32,000 nucleotides of DNA from Erysipelotrichaceae bacterium (GCA_963663995.1 OY760660.1:420001-452000), one strand, 5' to 3'. Positions 16,460-25,245 are shown, counted from the stretch's first letter. Numbers and translations are program-made. The notes: a model not told the origin generated them from the letters alone.

Positions 16460-18571
16460 ATGACGAAAAAGAGAAAAAGTACAAAAAAAATAAATCGAGC
16501 TTGGCGCATCGTTCTCACAATCACGTTTATGGGTTGGGCGTTTATTGGATTCATTCAGTCTGGGGCTATTGGTCAATGGACTGATCATTTAATGAATCTT
16601 GTTTTTGGTGTCCGTCGAGATGTCATGTATCTCTTAATCGTACTTTTACTTGTCGATTATGCGTTCTTACCTAAAAAATGGAATCTAAAACTTAGACAAA
16701 AAATTACTTTAAGTATCAATGTCGTTTTATTGTACTTATGGACTGCTTATTTTGTTTTAGAATCTAATCTAATAGGAAAAGAACTTTTTGATTTATGGAA
16801 TGCTTCAGCCTGGGATATCTTTGTTAATGGTACAGATGCTCTTAGTGGTTTATTAGGTGTATCTTTATATAGTTTAAGTACTTATTTATTTGGTCGTCTA
16901 GGGACACTGTTTTTCTTAATGGCAGCCTCACTTGGCATGCTTCTTTATATGCTTGAATTCAAAAATCTTAAAAAATGGTTTACTAAAGAAAGAAAAACAC
17001 AAAAAACAGATATTTCTGCTTATACACAGGAAGCTAATTCTCAAGCTAGTGGCGCAACATTTTTAACGGCTGATGAACCTAAAAAATCTCGTTTAAGTTC
17101 AACTAAAACTTCAGAACCAGCTCAAGAAATAAAAACTCGATCAGCTGCTACTATTCACACAATAGGGAATTATTCTTTACCAAGTACAACTTTACTTGAT
17201 CAAGCAAATCATAAAGCTAAATCAAGTTTGAATAAAAATGCTGCTCAAGCAAAAGGTCAACGTTTACTTGAGATTTTAGCTGAGTTTGGTGTTAACGCCG
17301 AACTCATTGCGACACATATCGGTCCTTCAGTCACTAAATTTGAAGTTAAACCAGATAGTAATGTAAAAATTTCCAAAATTAATTCAATACAAGATAATTT
17401 AAAAATGGAGTTAGCTGCTAAGGAATTACGATTAGAAGCACCAATTCCAGGTCGTAATGCAGTAGGAATAGAAATTCCTAACTTAGAAACAACACCTGTA
17501 CGTTTAATTGAAATGATGAGGGATGTACCTAAAGACTTGATGGATCAAAAACTTCTTTACCCAATAGGTAAAGATTTAATGGGAAAATCCATATTTGCTG
17601 AAATGAATAAAATGCCGCATTTATTAGTTGCTGGAGCTACTGGTTCTGGTAAATCAGTCTTTATGAATGTCATGATTATTAATTACTTACTTAGAACTTC
17701 ACCAGATGAGTTAAAAATGCTTTTAATTGATCCTAAAAAGGTTGAATTTGCGCCATTTACTGAAATACCTCATTTAATTGCACCAGTTATCTCTGATTCT
17801 GCTGAAGCATCTCGTGCTTTGAAAGTCATTGTTGGAATGATGGAAAATCGTTATGAAGTCTTTTCAAATTTAGGGGTAAGAAATATTACAGCCTATAACG
17901 AACTTATTATTAAAAAACCTCAAGATAATATAGAACTTATGCCATGGATTTTAGTTGTTATTGATGAGTTAGCTGATTTAATGATAGTAGCGGGAAAAGA
18001 AGTTGAGGGAAGTATTCAACGGATTACTCAACTTGCTCGAGCTGCCGGTATACATTTAGTGGTTGCAACGCAACGTCCATCTACAGATGTTATTACTGGA
18101 ATTATCAAGGCTAATATTCCATCACGTATCGCATTCGAAGTCAGTAATGGAATAGATTCACGGACCATTTTAGATCAAGTAGGTGCAGAAAGATTGCTAG
18201 GTAAAGGGGATATGCTCTTCTATCCAGTTGGAGAACCTGCACCAATGCGTGTACAAGGATCATTCATTAGTGATGAAGAAGTTCATCGAATCTCAAAAGC
18301 AGCGTCAGATAAACGTAAACCTCAATTTGATGAATCATTTTTAAACTTAGATCAACCGGAAGAAATGATGGGTGGAAATGCTAAATCAGATGATCCACTC
18401 TATGCAGAAGTTAAAAACTATATCTTAGAAACGGGACGTGCTTCGACATCAAATATTCAACGCCGTTTTGGTTTAGGCTATAATCGGGCAGCACGAATAA
18501 TTGATATTTTAGAGAGAGAAGGGGTTGTTGGACCTGCAAATGGCTCAAAACCACGTGATGTTTATAAATAA
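16460..18571 (+). CDS. ftsK: DNA translocase FtsK/SpoIIIE
   Basis: 703 aa. N-terminal TMs and a linker, Walker A GATGSGKS, Walker B VVIDELADL, and a C-terminal gamma winged-helix (IQRRFGLGYNRAARIIDILEREGVVG). Confidence 0.95.
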   Translation: MTKKRKSTKKINRAWRIVLTITFMGWAFIGFIQSGAIGQWTDHLMNLVFGVRRDVMYLLIVLLLVDYAFLPKKWNLKLRQKITLSINVVLLYLWTAYFVLESNLIGKELFDLWNASAWDIFVNGTDALSGLLGVSLYSLSTYLFGRLGTLFFLMAASLGMLLYMLEFKNLKKWFTKERKTQKTDISAYTQEANSQASGATFLTADEPKKSRLSSTKTSEPAQEIKTRSAATIHTIGNYSLPSTTLLDQANHKAKSSLNKNAAQAKGQRLLEILAEFGVNAELIATHIGPSVTKFEVKPDSNVKISKINSIQDNLKMELAAKELRLEAPIPGRNAVGIEIPNLETTPVRLIEMMRDVPKDLMDQKLLYPIGKDLMGKSIFAEMNKMPHLLVAGATGSGKSVFMNVMIINYLLRTSPDELKMLLIDPKKVEFAPFTEIPHLIAPVISDSAEASRALKVIVGMMENRYEVFSNLGVRNITAYNELIIKKPQDNIELMPWILVVIDELADLMIVAGKEVEGSIQRITQLARAAGIHLVVATQRPSTDVITGIIKANIPSRIAFEVSNGIDSRTILDQVGAERLLGKGDMLFYPVGEPAPMRVQGSFISDEEVHRISKAASDKRKPQFDESFLNLDQPEEMMGGNAKSDDPLYAEVKNYILETGRASTSNIQRRFGLGYNRAARIIDILEREGVVGPANGSKPRDVYK

Positions 18572-18597
18572 ACAATGTGAATTTCACATTGTTTTTC
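18571..18597 (+). terminator. Rho-independent terminator after ftsK
   Basis: AACAATGTGA-ATT-TCACATTGTT followed by TTT. Confidence 0.7.
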
Positions 18598-18648
18598 ATT
18601 TTTATCGTTTATAATTATCTTGTAGATTATTGATAATGTGGCAATCAA

Positions 18649-18677
18649 TTGACACGACATTTACATAATCTTAAACT
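18649..18677 (+). promoter_or_regulatory. Sigma-A-type promoter for the BMP lipoprotein gene (TTGACA-17 nt-TAAACT)
   Basis: Consensus -35 TTGACA at 18649-18654 and TAAACT at 18672-18677. AGGAGG RBS at 18701-18706. Confidence 0.45.
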
Positions 18678-18713
18678 TTATTTAGCAGAAAAATTTCTGC
18701 AGGAGGACAATGA

Positions 18714-19787
18714 ATGAAGAAGTTATTAGCATTTCTTTCAGTCATCCTAGTAGTATTTAGCTTAACAGCATGTTCAAGCACAGATACTCCTGAGGAAACT
18801 GAAGAGCCTACAGGTTATGAAATCGCTTTAGTTACTGATATTGGTACTATTGATGATAAATCATTTAACCAAGGTGCATGGGAAGGTGTCGTTGCTTACG
18901 CTGAAGAAAACGGCTTAACTTACCAATATTACAAACCAGCAGAAGCAACTACAGTTGCATATGTAGCTGCTATTACAGAAGCAGTTGATGGTGGTGCTAC
19001 TGTTGTTGTTACACCTGGTTATATGTTTGCTCCAGCGATTTATGAAGCACAAGATTTATATCCAGAAGTAAGTTTTATCTTATTAGATGCTGATCCACAT
19101 ACAGAAGACTATGCAGACTTCCGCATTGAATCAAATGTTTATGCAGTTTATTATGCTGAAGAACAATCTGGTTTCTTAGCTGGTTATGCAGCTGTTAAAG
19201 ACGGTTACACATCACTTGGTTTCATGGGTGGTATGGCTGTTCCTGCTGTTGTTCGTTTCGGTTATGGTTTCTTACAAGGTGCTGACGCTGCTGCTGCAGA
19301 ACTTGGTGTTGACGTTATGGTTAACTACAAATACTTAAATAGTTTTGCTCCAGGTACTGAATGGGCTACTGAAGCTAAATCCTGGTATTCAGAAGGTACA
19401 GAAGTAATCTTCGCTGCTGCTGGTGGTGCTGGTTTATCTGTTATGGCTGGTGCTGAAGAAGTTGGTGCGCTTGTTATCGGTGTTGATGTTGACCAATCTA
19501 ACTTATCAGATACAGTTCTAACATCTGCAACGAAAGGTTTAACAACTTCTGTTTATGATGCATTAATGGATTATTATGCGGGTAGCTTCAAAGGTGGCGA
19601 AATCGTTACTTTAGATGTTACTGTTGGCGGTGTTGGTTTACCAATGGATACATCACGTTTCATGACATTCTCAGCTGCTGATTACGATGCTGTATTCGCA
19701 AGTTTAGTTGATGGTTCTGTTGTTGTAAGTAGTGACATTGAAACAATGCCTGCATTAACAATGACAACTGTTAATGTTATCGAATAA
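18714..19787 (+). CDS. BMP-family (PnrA/Med/YufN-like) ABC-transporter substrate-binding lipoprotein, probably nucleoside-binding
   Basis: 357 aa. Lipoprotein signal peptide with lipobox LTAC. Contains DKSFNQGAWEGV and GVDVDQS, typical of BMP proteins. Followed, after the IS, by a two-domain ATPase and two permeases, as in B. subtilis nupNOPQ. Confidence 0.88.
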   Translation: MKKLLAFLSVILVVFSLTACSSTDTPEETEEPTGYEIALVTDIGTIDDKSFNQGAWEGVVAYAEENGLTYQYYKPAEATTVAYVAAITEAVDGGATVVVTPGYMFAPAIYEAQDLYPEVSFILLDADPHTEDYADFRIESNVYAVYYAEEQSGFLAGYAAVKDGYTSLGFMGGMAVPAVVRFGYGFLQGADAAAAELGVDVMVNYKYLNSFAPGTEWATEAKSWYSEGTEVIFAAAGGAGLSVMAGAEEVGALVIGVDVDQSNLSDTVLTSATKGLTTSVYDALMDYYAGSFKGGEIVTLDVTVGGVGLPMDTSRFMTFSAADYDAVFASLVDGSVVVSSDIETMPALTMTTVNVIE

Positions 19788-19808
19788 TAATAGATAATAA
19801 GTTTTGTT

Positions 19809-19826
19809 AAAAGAGGCTGTAACGAA
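19809..19826 (+). repeat. Left 18-bp inverted repeat AAAAGAGGCTGTAACGAA
   Basis: Exact reverse complement of 21612-21629. Confidence 0.9.
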
Positions 19827-19854
19827 TAAACAGGCTCAAGAATAGAAGTAAAGG

Positions 19855-19885
19855 AAAAGGTCCAGGCATTACGCTTGGACCTTTT
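19855..19885 (+). terminator. Terminator-like hairpin inside the IS left end
   Basis: AAAAGGTCCA - 11-nt loop - TGGACCTTTT, a perfect 10-bp stem followed by CTT. Confidence 0.45.
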
Positions 19886-19903
19886 CTTAGATATAATTTA
19901 GTC

Positions 19904-21460
19904 ATGGAAAATATAAATATTCGTCATGAGCTAAACCACTACCCGAACACTAGTGATTATAGCTCAACCCAAGTCGTTTTGCCACTTGATTGTGGAATTT
20001 TAATTGAAACAAATGATCCAGTGATGAGTTTTAATCAAATCATGGATGAAATTAATCTTAAAGTGTTCGTTAAGAGATATACAAAAGGTCGCCATGATTA
20101 TGAAGAGATCACATTGATTAAGCTTTTATTGTTTGCTTATATGAATCAGATAACGAGTCTAAGAAAGATTGAATCAGCCTGTAAAACAGATATTCGATTT
20201 ATCTGGTTATCAAAAGGGATACGCCCGAGTCATATGACTTTTTATCGCTTGATGAAGGAAAGACTTAAAGGGCGATTTGAAGATTTGTTTTATGAAATTA
20301 ATAAAGTGCTTATTCGTAAAGATCACATAGATACCAGTGTTCTCTATATCGATGGAACGAAGTTTGAAGCGAATGCGACGAAGAATAGTTTTGTTTGGAA
20401 GAAAGCAGTGTTGAAGAACCAAAAGAAGTTATTTGAAAAGATTAGTGCTTTTTATAAAACTTATTCATTAGAAACAAAGTCTAGTTATCACGCTGATGAT
20501 TTAAGTGAATTCAAGATGGCTTTATACAATGACTGTTTACTTAAAAAGATTGAGTTTGTCAGTGGTAAAGGACATCCTAAACATCCTTTACAAAAAGCTT
20601 ATGAAACAATTAGAGATTATCAAAACAAGTTAATCGAATATGAGATTCATCTACAAATCTGTGGAGATCGAAACAGTTACTCTAAAACTGATCATGATGC
20701 GACCTTTATGCATATGAAAGAAGACTATTATATGCGAACAGGCATCTTTAAACCTGGCTATAATGTGCAGCTAGGGGTCAGTGATGAATATATCATGATG
20801 GCTAAAACTTATCCTAACCCAACAGACACGAAAACCTTTATCCCTTTTCTAGAAGCGTATAAGAAAGCTTATGGTCATTATCCTAAGACACCCGTCGCAG
20901 ATGCAGGCTATGGAAGTTATGATAATTATCTCTATTGTGTGACACGCGGTATGGAACTCTTTCAAAAATATAGTCTTTATGAACAGGAAAAACATGGAGT
21001 TAAGAAGAAACAAAAATTTCAATCTAAATCCATGAGACAAGAAGATGGATCCTTTATCTGTCCTGAAGGGAAATCCTTTAACTACGTCGATTCTCATTTA
21101 GATGAAAAAGGTTTATATCCTAAATTGATTCATCATTATCAGTGTATTGATTGTACAGACTGTCCTTTAGCTAAAGACTGTAAGAAAAGTGAAGCTAATC
21201 GACAGTTGAGTATTAATCCTGTTCTCTTAGAACTACAGTCCATCGCTAAAGAAAACTTAGATAGTGAGCGAGGGATACAATTAAGAATGAATCGATCTGC
21301 ACAATCAGAATCAACCTTTGGAATCCTTAAATATAACTGGGGAAAACAAAGATTTACACGTCGTGGTAAAGAAAATGTGGATAACGAGTTATATTGCCTC
21401 TGTATTGGCTATAACTTAATGAAATATCATTCAAGAAAACTAAGACATAAACTCAATTAA
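19904..21460 (+). CDS. IS1182-family DDE transposase
   Basis: 518 aa. N-terminal InsH/DUF772-like region (LLLFAYMNQITSLRKIESACKTDIRFIWL), IDGTKFEANA, DHDATFMHMK...GYNVQLGV, ADAGYGSYDNY, a Cys-rich CPEG...CIDCTDCPLAKDC segment, and a C-terminal SESTFGILKYNWGKQRFTRRG. Confidence 0.85.
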   Translation: MENINIRHELNHYPNTSDYSSTQVVLPLDCGILIETNDPVMSFNQIMDEINLKVFVKRYTKGRHDYEEITLIKLLLFAYMNQITSLRKIESACKTDIRFIWLSKGIRPSHMTFYRLMKERLKGRFEDLFYEINKVLIRKDHIDTSVLYIDGTKFEANATKNSFVWKKAVLKNQKKLFEKISAFYKTYSLETKSSYHADDLSEFKMALYNDCLLKKIEFVSGKGHPKHPLQKAYETIRDYQNKLIEYEIHLQICGDRNSYSKTDHDATFMHMKEDYYMRTGIFKPGYNVQLGVSDEYIMMAKTYPNPTDTKTFIPFLEAYKKAYGHYPKTPVADAGYGSYDNYLYCVTRGMELFQKYSLYEQEKHGVKKKQKFQSKSMRQEDGSFICPEGKSFNYVDSHLDEKGLYPKLIHHYQCIDCTDCPLAKDCKKSEANRQLSINPVLLELQSIAKENLDSERGIQLRMNRSAQSESTFGILKYNWGKQRFTRRGKENVDNELYCLCIGYNLMKYHSRKLRHKLN

Positions 21461-21549
21461 ATAGTTATAAAACCTTAAAAGTTCTTTTTAAGTCGTCTAG
21501 TTTTCTAAATTTAATCCAAAAAAATATCAAAACCATCAGATTAAACAAA

Positions 21550-21565
21550 AAAAGAAGCTGTAACG
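21550..21565 (+). repeat. Internal third copy of the IS end repeat (AAAAGAAGCTGTAACG, 15/16 match to the left repeat)
   Basis: Same orientation as 19809-19824. Can pair with 21614-21629 across a 48-nt loop. Confidence 0.8.
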
Positions 21566-21611
21566 CCTCTAGTTTCGTTTTCATCCATACCATGGATATT
21601 CACTATTCTAT

Positions 21612-21629
21612 TTCGTTACAGCCTCTTTT
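21612..21629 (-). repeat. Right 18-bp inverted repeat TTCGTTACAGCCTCTTTT
   Basis: Exact reverse complement of 19809-19826. The T-run continues to 21632. Confidence 0.9.
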
Positions 21630-21653
21630 TTTCGTTTTAAGAGCTCTTTCAAG

Positions 21654-21659
21654 TATAAT
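21654..21659 (+). promoter_or_regulatory. Candidate -10 box (TATAAT) for the ABC ATPase/permease genes, downstream of the IS
   Basis: TATAAT lies 25 nt before the ATG at 21684, with AGGAGA RBS at 21670-21675. The -35 region (TTCGTT, 21631-21636) is poor. Confidence 0.3.
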
Positions 21660-21683
21660 AATTCTATATAGGAGATTTAAAAC

Positions 21684-23210
21684 ATGGATTATGTTATTGA
21701 AATGCTAAACATAACCAAAGAGTTTCCAGGTATAAAAGCAAATGATGATATTACCCTTCAAATTAAAAAGGGTGAAATTCATGCGCTTTTAGGAGAAAAT
21801 GGGGCTGGAAAGTCCACTTTAATGAGTATACTCTTTGGTTTATATCGTCCTGAAAAGGGAAGCATAAGAATAAATGGAGAAGAAGTTCATATTCACAATC
21901 CTAATGATGCAAATCGTTATGGAATTGGGATGGTTCATCAACATTTCAAACTTGTGCATAATTTTACAGTACTTGAGAATGTTGTATTAGGTGTTGAGAC
22001 CTCTAATCGTGGATTCTTAAAAATGGATGATGCGAAAAAATCAGTTATTGATTTATCCAAAAGATACAATTTATTTATTGAACCAGATCATTTAATTGAA
22101 GATATTACAGTTGGTATGCAACAACGTGTAGAGATATTAAAAATGTTATATCGTCAAAACGATATTTTAATTTTTGATGAACCGACTGCAGTATTAACAC
22201 CACAAGAAATTGAAGAACTCATGCATATCATGAGAGAATTAAGTAAAGAGGGGAAGACAATCCTTTTTATTACCCATAAACTCAATGAAATCAAAGCGGT
22301 CGCGGATCGCGTTTCTATTTTACGTAAAGGAAAATTAATTGATACTTTAGATGTAAAAGACAGCACTAAAGAAAAATTATCAGAACTAATGGTTGGTCGA
22401 AAAGTTCAGTTACAAGTTGATAAAGGCGAAGCAAACCCAAGCGATGTTGTTCTTAAGTTAAATAATGTTTGTGTAAAATCTGCACACAGTACTAAGAACT
22501 CTGTAGAAAATGTTAGTTTTGAAGCACGTAAAGGCGAAATCTTGTGTATTGCAGGGATTGAAGGTAATGGACAAACTGATTTAGTTTATGCGATTACAGG
22601 GCTTAAAAAAGTTGATTCTGGGAATATATGGTTTAAAGAAAAAGATATTACTCACACATCGATTCGTGAACGTAATCTTGACGGGATGACCCATATTCCA
22701 GAAGATCGTCATAAACATGGATTGGTTTTAGACTATACGCTTGCAGAAAACTTAATTTTAAAGTCATATTTTAAAGAGTCATTTCAAAAAAATGGACTAT
22801 TAAAGTTTAAAGAAATTGATGATAATGCGACAAATCTTATTGAAAGATTTGATATAAGAAGTGGGCAAGGTGCTAATACTGAAGTTCGTTCTATGTCAGG
22901 TGGTAATCAACAAAAGGTTATCGTTGCACGTGAGATAAAGGAAGATCCTGATCTATTGATTGCGGTTCAACCAACTCGTGGTCTTGATGTAGGGGCAATA
23001 GAATATATTCATTCACAACTTGTTGCACAAAGAGATGAAGGTAAAGCAGTTTTACTTGTATCTTTAGAATTATCTGAAGTTATGAATGTTTCAGACCGTA
23101 TTCTAGTTATGTATGAAGGCGAAATTGTAGGAGAATTAGATCCTGAAAAAACAACAACAAAAGAACTTGGTTTATATATGGCTGGTTCTAAGAGGGAGAA
23201 TAAATCATGA
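21684..23210 (+). CDS. ABC transporter ATP-binding protein, two fused ABC domains (YufO/NupO-like)
   Basis: 508 aa. Walker A GENGAGKST, a second P-loop GIEGNGQT, signature SGGNQQK, and VGMQQRVEILK in the first half. Confidence 0.9.
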   Translation: MDYVIEMLNITKEFPGIKANDDITLQIKKGEIHALLGENGAGKSTLMSILFGLYRPEKGSIRINGEEVHIHNPNDANRYGIGMVHQHFKLVHNFTVLENVVLGVETSNRGFLKMDDAKKSVIDLSKRYNLFIEPDHLIEDITVGMQQRVEILKMLYRQNDILIFDEPTAVLTPQEIEELMHIMRELSKEGKTILFITHKLNEIKAVADRVSILRKGKLIDTLDVKDSTKEKLSELMVGRKVQLQVDKGEANPSDVVLKLNNVCVKSAHSTKNSVENVSFEARKGEILCIAGIEGNGQTDLVYAITGLKKVDSGNIWFKEKDITHTSIRERNLDGMTHIPEDRHKHGLVLDYTLAENLILKSYFKESFQKNGLLKFKEIDDNATNLIERFDIRSGQGANTEVRSMSGGNQQKVIVAREIKEDPDLLIAVQPTRGLDVGAIEYIHSQLVAQRDEGKAVLLVSLELSEVMNVSDRILVMYEGEIVGELDPEKTTTKELGLYMAGSKRENKS

Positions 23211-24295
23211 AGAAGTTTATAGCTTTAGATCGTAACCAAAAAGTTATTGCCTCTTTAATCGCCATATTGTTCGGTTTTGTCTTTGCTTTCATTATTTTAA
23301 ATGTTGCTGCTTCATTAAATCCAAGAGGAGCTGATCCAATTAGTGGTTTAATGACAATTATGACGGGTGGTTTAACAACCAGTGGTATTAAAGGTTTAGG
23401 GACCATTCTTAAGTTTGCAACACCTGTTATCTTGACCGGTTTATCAGTTGGTTTTGCATTTAAAACAGGTTTATTTAATATTGGCGCAAGTGGTCAATAT
23501 ATTATGGGTGGATTTATCGCTGCTTATGTTTCCATTAAGTGGTTATTTATTCCGGTTGAGTTTAGATGGATTATTGCTTTACTAATGGCAACCTTAGTAG
23601 GTGGTATTTGGGGTTTAATTGCAGGTGTTTTAAAAGCTAAACGAAATGTTAATGAAGTTATTTCATCGATTATGTTGAATTATATTGGAATGTACACAGT
23701 CTCTTCTTTAGTCCCTTTAATTCCTGATCAATTTAATCCATCACGGACACAAGTACCTTTATCAAAAGTACCAACTTTTGGATTGGATCAGATATTTGGT
23801 CCAATGACGGTAGACTTTGGGATTGTTATTTCAATCGCTATGGTAGTCGTTATTTACATTATTTTAGATAAAACAACTTTTGGTTATGAACTTAAAGCAT
23901 GTGGTTATAACCGTGATGCGGCACGTTATGCAGGTATAAACGATGAGAGAGGCATTATGACGAGCATGTTTATCGCCGGTGCGCTATCAGGATTAGCTGG
24001 TGGCTTAGTTTATATTTCTACAATTACTAAAGTTATTGATCAATCAACCGTTTTACAACGTGAAGGTTTTGATGGTATTTCAGTTGCTTTATTAGGTTTA
24101 TCCAATCCATTTGGCATACTATTCTCAGGCATCTTTATTTCTATGCTTCGAAATGCTGGTGTACCACTATCAAGATCTGGTTATAACGAAGAAGTCGTTA
24201 GAATTATGACATCAGCGATTATTTATATGAGTGCTTTCTCATTGATTATGCGTGAAAAATTTACCGCATGGTTACTTAAAAAGGAGAATGAATAA
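23207..24295 (+). CDS. ABC transporter permease (YufP/NupP-like)
   Basis: 362 aa, polytopic. ATGA overlap with the ATPase gene. Confidence 0.85.
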   Translation: MKKFIALDRNQKVIASLIAILFGFVFAFIILNVAASLNPRGADPISGLMTIMTGGLTTSGIKGLGTILKFATPVILTGLSVGFAFKTGLFNIGASGQYIMGGFIAAYVSIKWLFIPVEFRWIIALLMATLVGGIWGLIAGVLKAKRNVNEVISSIMLNYIGMYTVSSLVPLIPDQFNPSRTQVPLSKVPTFGLDQIFGPMTVDFGIVISIAMVVVIYIILDKTTFGYELKACGYNRDAARYAGINDERGIMTSMFIAGALSGLAGGLVYISTITKVIDQSTVLQREGFDGISVALLGLSNPFGILFSGIFISMLRNAGVPLSRSGYNEEVVRIMTSAIIYMSAFSLIMREKFTAWLLKKENE

Positions 24296-25245
24296 TGAGC
24301 TCAATAATCTTTTTACTTAAAAATATGATTCCATTTACCATTCCACTAACAGTTGTTGCCTTAGGTGGGATGTTCTCAGAGAGAAGTGGTGTTGTTAATA
24401 TTGCCTTAGAGGGCATAATGATCTTTGCAGCTTCAGCAGGAATTTTCTTTATTCACTTTATGCAAGATAGTATAAGTGGACAATTACTATTAGTTTTAGC
24501 ACTACTTGTTTCGATGACAGCTGGTATTTTATTCTCACTTTTACACGCTTATGCTTCAGTTAATTTAAAAGCGAATCAAGTTATTAGTGGTACCGCATTA
24601 AATTTATTTGCGGCATCATTTCACGTCTTTATTGCTCGTATGATATTTGGTGTAGAAGGGGTTGGTTTTATCAATCAATTTAGAATTGCTGAAATTCCAG
24701 TCTTATCATCTATTCCATTTATTGGAGAAATTTTCTTTACATCAGTCTATATCACAACACTGATTGGCTTATTTATCTTAATAGGTTCTTATATACTATT
24801 ATTTAAAACACGCTTTGGTTTACGTTTAAGAGCCTGTGGTGAACATCCTCAAGCAGCTGATTCAGTGGGTATAAATGTTTATAAAATTAGATATGCTGGG
24901 GTTATGTTGTCAGGCGCACTAGCAGGACTTGGTGGTTTAATTTTAATTATTCCAAGTTTTACTGAATTTACTGGTGATGTTGTTGGTTATGGTTTCTTGG
25001 CTTTGGCTGTATTGATTTTTGGTCAATGGAATCCTAAAAAAATCTTCATGGCAGCCTTATTCTTTGGCTTAATGAAAACAATATCTAACTCAAGTGGATT
25101 AGCCTTATTATCGCAATTACATATTAATTCCTATTTCTATAAGATTTTACCTTATGTTGCGACAATGGCTGTTTTGACCATTACATCTAAAAAGTCAGCC
25201 GCTCCTAAAGCATCTGGTGAACCATACGATCAAGGAAAACGATAA
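24295..25245 (+). CDS. ABC transporter permease (YufQ/NupQ-like)
   Basis: 316 aa, polytopic. TAATG overlap with the preceding permease gene. Confidence 0.85.
   Translation: MSSIIFLLKNMIPFTIPLTVVALGGMFSERSGVVNIALEGIMIFAASAGIFFIHFMQDSISGQLLLVLALLVSMTAGILFSLLHAYASVNLKANQVISGTALNLFAASFHVFIARMIFGVEGVGFINQFRIAEIPVLSSIPFIGEIFFTSVYITTLIGLFILIGSYILLFKTRFGLRLRACGEHPQAADSVGINVYKIRYAGVMLSGALAGLGGLILIIPSFTEFTGDVVGYGFLALAVLIFGQWNPKKIFMAALFFGLMKTISNSSGLALLSQLHINSYFYKILPYVATMAVLTITSKKSAAPKASGEPYDQGKR

Larger units (their letters stand above)
19809..21629 (+). mobile_element. IS1182-family insertion sequence (1821 bp if the 18-bp inverted repeats are its ends)
   Basis: A single transposase ORF bracketed by AAAAGAGGCTGTAACGAA (19809-19826) and its exact reverse complement (21612-21629). 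The boundaries are uncertain; see findings. Confidence 0.75.

Noticed and set aside
18411-18599. 62-aa minus-strand ORF over the ftsK 3' end and terminator
   Set aside because: It overlaps the conserved FtsK gamma-domain coding sequence and the terminator hairpin. No signals.
18598-18713. Riboswitch (purine or guanine type) or T-box in the leader of the nucleoside-transporter lipoprotein gene
   Set aside because: Only about 35 nt lie between the predicted -10 box and the RBS. None of the conserved purine-aptamer segments are visible, so there is not enough room or sequence for an aptamer plus expression platform.
20210-21097. Minus-strand ORFs 20210-20422 and 20849-21097 inside the transposase gene
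   Set aside because: Both are antisense to the intact 518-aa IS1182-type transposase. I see no evidence for a second IS-encoded protein.
22154-23406. Minus-strand ORFs 22154-22366 and 23188-23406 inside the ABC ATPase and permease genes
   Set aside because: Antisense shadows of well-supported transporter genes.
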